Assembly (NCBI GenBank): GCA_031835245.2
Contig: JAVKOQ020000027.1
Coordinates: 186,001 to 250,000 of the forward strand
From: Balamuthia mandrillaris
Taxonomy: Eukaryota
DNA: 64,000 nt
Direction of reading: 5' to 3'
Both the position numbers and the translations under genes were made by a program. Positions 59,371 to 64,000 of this stretch are shown here, piece after piece (within the stretch, counting starts at the first letter, position 1; the number at the start of each line of letters is the position of its first letter). Under the pieces are notes generated by a model, which searched no databases, was not told the DNA's origin, and worked only from the letters and a program-made list of their open reading frames with translations.

Positions 59371-61463
59371 CTAGAACAAAGCAAGAGAAAGCGGCATAGC
59401 CAACGTGCTTGCAGAGTCGCCGTCTCCGTCTGCATCACTGCTGTCCGTTTTGCTGTCGTCGTTGGGCTCGCCCGAACATGTGCCGGTAGAGACTCCGCTA
59501 CTGCATTCCCAACTGTAATAGGGCTTCGCTCCGGGATCGCCACAAAATCCATCTGAACCTACAAACAAAATGTCAGTCCCCGTGATGGACAAGAGGAGAG
59601 AGGAGAGAACGTACTTTCTAACAGCTCTTCAACTGTAGCTCCTGCAGTAGGGTTCAAGAAACACCAACTGCATCCGTTCTCAGCACAGGCAGAACAAGTT
59701 GTGAATTCTGTACAATCTCTAATAGGATACCCAATCTGTTGGAACATCTTGAGGGCGAATCCACCTGGATGATGAATGGCTTCGCGGTAGGCGATGGCTG
59801 GTGTCATCATGGAGTTGGGATCGCCAGAAGGATACTCAGTTTCGTCCAGATGCGAAATGGAGCTGCCTGACTCCCATGTAGGAGGAGCATACCTTCGTGA
59901 TAGGCAAAGTCAGAAAAGTCAGGTGAATCAGCCGGAGAATAAGAAAAAAAGAAGAAGAAGAAGCAAGAAGAAGAACAAGAAGAACAAGAACAAGAAGAAC
60001 AAGAACAACAACAACAAGAAGATGACGATGATGATGAAGCAAGTACATTTTGGCGTGATGTCCTTCAAGATATATAGCAGTATTATAGATATCGCCGGAA
60101 GTGGCCCATTCCGAGAGTTCAGTAGAGCTGCCAGCGACGTCGGCCACCTTGTCTCCGGTACTCAACTCCTCAAAGTCCAAGTCCAGAACATACAGACTGT
60201 CCAGTTGATAGGACGGTGTTGGTCCGGCCACCCAAGAAAAGAAACCCAGTCCATGGCACAACTCGTGCGTCATGATTGAAACCTGTTGTGTCGAACAAAT
60301 AATAGCAAACAGAAAGTTTCAAAGGAATTAGAAGGAGATGGGGGTGGCGAGAAACATAAGGACGAACAGAAGAAGAAGAACAAGAACAAGAACAAGAAGA
60401 AGAACAAGAACAAGAACAAGAACAAGAACAAGAACAAGAACAAGAACAACAACAACAACAACAACAAGAACAAGAACAAGAACAACAACAACAAGAACAA
60501 CAACAACAACAAGAACAACAACAAGAACAAGAACAAGAACAAGAACAACAAGAACAAGAACAAGAACAACAACAACAACAAGAACAAGAACAAGAACAAC
60601 AACAAGAACAAGAACAAGAAGATAGAAGGATACCAAATCATATTGGCCAGGTCCAGGATTTCCATCGAGGCCAGTATAAAGCTCGTCAATAGCATCGGCA
60701 TTTACAGTGGCATTTATGGCTTCGTCCGGAGAACTAAAAGAGACAGAACGAAAAATAAGCGACCAACGAGCGAAAAACAGATAAACACACAACAACGAAG
60801 AAGAAAAAGCTGGTGATGGTACTTTTCTCCAAGTAAATTCAAAGCAAAAGGAAGTGGGTAGTAAAGTCCGTCAGAGTTGGCTTTCACGATGGGGCTAGTA
60901 GCAAACGCCAGAACCCTGTCTCCAGCGCTTTGAAAGGTCACCAGCACTTTCAGCGTAACATCGAACTGCAGCAACGTCGAAAGAATCTCGCCCTGTTGAA
61001 GCCCCGTCAAGTCAGAAGAAAACGAAGGAGAAAAAAATAAATATAAAATAGCAGTAGGAGAGAACGAACAGAAAAACGAATGGCGGTTTGAATGTCTTCT
61101 GGAGTTTCGGGATCAAATACGAATTCCAGCCCAGTTGTCTGCCTCTTATGCTTCTTTTCTTCCATCTGTTTCACTATTTCTTGCCAGGGTCTCGGCGGAG
61201 GTACATAGCCTGGCTTATCCTCACGAAGCCCGATGATGCCCGAGTGAGAAGGTCCTATTGTTACCGCATGGCCATGGTTTTTTTAAACAAAATAAGCAAA
61301 GGAAAAACACGTCAAGGAAAGTTTAGAAAAAAAAATATGGTTCTGTTGTTTCAGTTTTTGTGTTTGAAATAAAAAACCAAAACCCACCATAGTGTCCCAA
61401 GGAGAACGAAACCACACAACCAAAAAATACAAAGAAGCACAAAAGTGCAGTGGAGGAAGGCAT
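59371..61463 (-). CDS. Secreted zinc metalloprotease (HExxH) with C-terminal PSI-like Cys domain, multi-exon
   Basis: Signal exon MPSSTALLCFFVFFGCVVSFS; HELCHGLGF; YAPPTWESGSSISHLDE; CTEFTTCSACAENGCSWC. Confidence 0.75.
60367..60621. repeat. Compound (AAC/AAG)n microsatellite in a metalloprotease intron
   Basis: About 250 bp read directly. Other intronic simple repeats lie at 15-170, 13762-13805 (T run), 44280-44355, 46675-46810 and 50312-50414. Confidence 0.95.
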
Positions 61464-61789
61464 GAAAGGCTGCGAGTGAACAAGTGGTTTGTGCGTGTGT
61501 TTGTTTGAAACAAAAAGAGAAAGAGAGAGAACAAACGAAAAAGAACAAAAAGGACATGTAACGCTCTATTATCCAACAGGTGAATAGGGTAAATTACGGC
61601 TATATTAATTCATTTATTAATATACCGGTGATTAAACCCGGTTGGTTGCCTTTAAAATCGCCGTGCCTAAAAAAGGAATAGTGCACGGATACGGCACCGT
61701 GTACACGCGCCTTTCTGTTCCTCTCCTCTTCCGAACAACAACAACGCCAATTGCAAGCGGTCAAACTATTCTTCTCGCAGCTCATTAAA

Positions 61790-61904
61790 ATCCGCAATTC
61801 CTTAGCCCCCCTTCATCACGTCACATTCGCCCTGGTTGACACTTCGACCGGCGACCGGGTCAAATCTAGTGCGCAGGCGAACAGGTGAAGGGCGGGTTGC
61901 GGAT
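61790..61904 (+). ncRNA. Candidate structured RNA element, family unknown
   Basis: Nested stems with G-U pairs: ATCCGCAATTC/GGGTTGCGGAT, CCCTTCATC/GGTGAAGGG, TTCGCC/GGCGAA and CTGGTTGA/TCGACCGG. Confidence 0.35.
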
Positions 61905-62403
61905 AAATCCTTCATTTGGTCTGCATCGTATAATGGCATCGTTCATTCTTCGTGAATGAATCGCAACCGAACGCAACGTCGTTGACGCTTCTTTTCTACA
62001 GAGAGAACGAGGACTTGCGGCCACTGTTCCGAAGACACCCCGATCCCTACCGTGATACAAAAGCTCATTTTTGTTTAGGGAACCAACATATGCTGCCATA
62101 CCTCCAGTCGGCTCGTTTCACGCTTCATGACCGTCTCATTTCCTCTTTCTATTGCTTTGCTGTTTGTACTGATTGTCCTGTTTCTTTGTGCGATTCTTCG
62201 TCATCATCTTCCTTCTCTTCCTCCTCGGACACTTCCACTTTATCCCTCCTGCTCTACTCCAATCAGCCAACCGATTCATCCGGAAGGAATGCTATTTCCT
62301 ACGAAACCTTTTGGTGTTGGTGCCTTCTTCTTTCCCAATATTTATTCCTTTAAAAAGAAACAAAAAAAATAAAAAAGTTGTTCTTTTCAAAATAAAAAAA
62401 GAA

Positions 62404-62475
62404 TTCCGCTGCCGGGAATCGAACCCGGGGCGGGTGGGTGAGAGCCACCAATGTTGCCAACTACACCACAGCGGA
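62404..62475 (-). tRNA. tRNA-Glu(CTC)
   Basis: Identical to 16000-16071; T-run terminator. Confidence 0.95.
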
Positions 62476-62596
62476 AGTTATTGTTTAGGACACCTAAACT
62501 GCCTCTCACAACAGTTAAATTATCGAGAATAATCCAGAAAAATCCCCAACTTTTTTTCTTTTTTCCGTAAAGCGTAGCGAACACATCAGACGGGAG

Positions 62597-63498
62597 ATGA
62601 GCGCGGCCGCAGCGGGAGGAGAAAGCAAGAGGGACAAACTGGTGGTGAAGAACGTGTCAGGTAAACATTCATTCATGTGAACCCTCCTTTTTTTTATTTC
62701 CACACTGGTGGGAGCGGGGGTGTGCACTGTGATGATGATTTTTGAAGCCACAGCGTTGAAACCTGCAGTCGATTGATGGCACTTTTTTTTCTGTAGACAG
62801 GCTCCACAGCAGGTGCTGGCAGCGGAGACTTTCACACCTATCGTAACTTGCGAAGAAAAGAGCTTTTCCGCCAACAACGCATCGAGGAAGAGTACAAGCG
62901 GGTAACTTGGTCCTTCCTCTTTGTTTCTCTGCTTTTCTGCTTCTCCTCCTCTTTCTCTTTCCTCTCTTTCGCTCTTTGCTTATCTCGTTGTGGCGAAAAG
63001 AGGGTAGAGCAGGAAGAGTTTGAGAGACGAAAGAAAGAAAATGAGGCGCTCGCCGAGGCCAGAACTGCCAAGAAGAGGGAGAAGCGACTTCGCCTGAAGC
63101 AGCGACAACAGGAACGAGAGGAACAACGCAAAAAAGAGCAGCAGCTCAAAAGAAAAGGTTTTTGTTCTCTCTCTCTCTCTCTCATCATTTGATGTCTTAA
63201 TGTTTCTTTTGTATGTTTTATTCTTTCAGCTGAAGAGTCAGATAACAACGGAGACACAACCAACGACACAGCAGAAGGAGGAGCACCTACAAAGCGCGCC
63301 AAGACCACCGATAGTGAAGTTGAAGCTACAACAGAAGAGAATGAAAGTAAAAAACAAGAAGAGTCAAAGAAAGACGAGACCCACAACAAAAAGAAAAAGC
63401 ATAAGCGCGGCAAGAAGCGCTCCAAGAAGAACTACAAAGCGAGCAGCGACAACAACCACGCAATCCAAGCAGTCCCGCAACAACAAGCAGGACAATGA
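62597..63498 (+). CDS. PRKRIP1: PRKR-interacting protein 1 (DUF1168) homolog, multi-exon
   Basis: VKNVSGSTAGAGSGDFHTYRNLRRKE...EARTAKKREKR is the family signature; stop TGA 63496-63498. Confidence 0.88.
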
Positions 63499-63639
63499 CA
63501 AGCTGATGACTTTGCCTTGATGCGCAGTAAACTTTTCTTTTTTTTTAAAGAAGGGATTCCATCCTCATTCCTCCTTCTCCTAGGCTTTGTTTCCTTTCGA
63601 AAAGAAGAGAAACCTGGTGCCAAGAGAAAGCGAAGGAAC

Positions 63640-64000
63640 GAGAGAGGAAAGAAAATAAATCTATGTGCATCCCCGACATGAGGCGAACTCATTCGGGAAT
63701 GTAGCAAGTCCAAGCCCAAGCCAAGGCCCAGCCCCAGAAGTTGTTGTTGGACTTGGTTGGTCCGGCCCACCTATTTGAGGAGAGAGGACACCAGGCTTTG
63801 GCTTGTGGGATGGGGTCAGCTGGGGGGGGGAGAAAAAAAAAGAGAAGAAAAGTTGGTTGGTTGTTGCTTCGCTTAAAAGTGGACCCTGTGGAGAAGAGAG
63901 AGAGAGAGAACGCGAAGAAACCTACCGAATGGTTGGCCCTCGTTCAAGGACCAAACGGCAGCATTTCTGGCTACGTTTTGATCCTGGCTGAAACAACGTG
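63640..64000 (-). CDS. Probable 3' exons of an unidentified gene entering from the right
   Basis: Open minus-strand segments separated by (CT)-rich GT-AG intron-like tracts; no recognisable motif. Confidence 0.25.

Overview
Gene-dense, intron-rich eukaryotic nuclear DNA with short GT-AG introns full of (CT)n/(TTC)n microsatellites. The gene content (Frizzled/Smoothened-like receptors, IQGAP-type RasGAP, ligase III with a macrodomain-like region) suggests an amoebozoan protist; this is inference only. About 22 protein genes can be assembled by hand, including TRM1, an intronless PLP aminotransferase, LRR-RapGAP, a CBS protein, FAM50/XAP5, RasGAP, RhoGEF, NUBP1, a rabenosyn/Vac1-like gene, LIG3, three Fz/Smo-like GPCR paralogs, a zinc metalloprotease and PRKRIP1. 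There are nine intact tRNA genes: 4 Glu-CTC, 4 Leu-AAG and 1 bacterial-looking Val-TAC. The most unusual signals are: (1) a piggyBac-like transposon with long, split inverted repeats, no TTAA target duplication, a passenger gene and about 760 bp with no CpG; (2) three orphan tRNA 3' fragments sitting divergently upstream of Pol II genes, the position also taken by several intact tRNAs; (3) a GPCR trio with near-identical membrane/cytoplasmic segments, variable extracellular loops and patchwork conversion tracts; (4) a bacterial/organellar-type tRNA-Val; (5) a G-U-rich structured RNA candidate near 61.8 kb. Exon boundaries and family calls are by eye and need computational confirmation.
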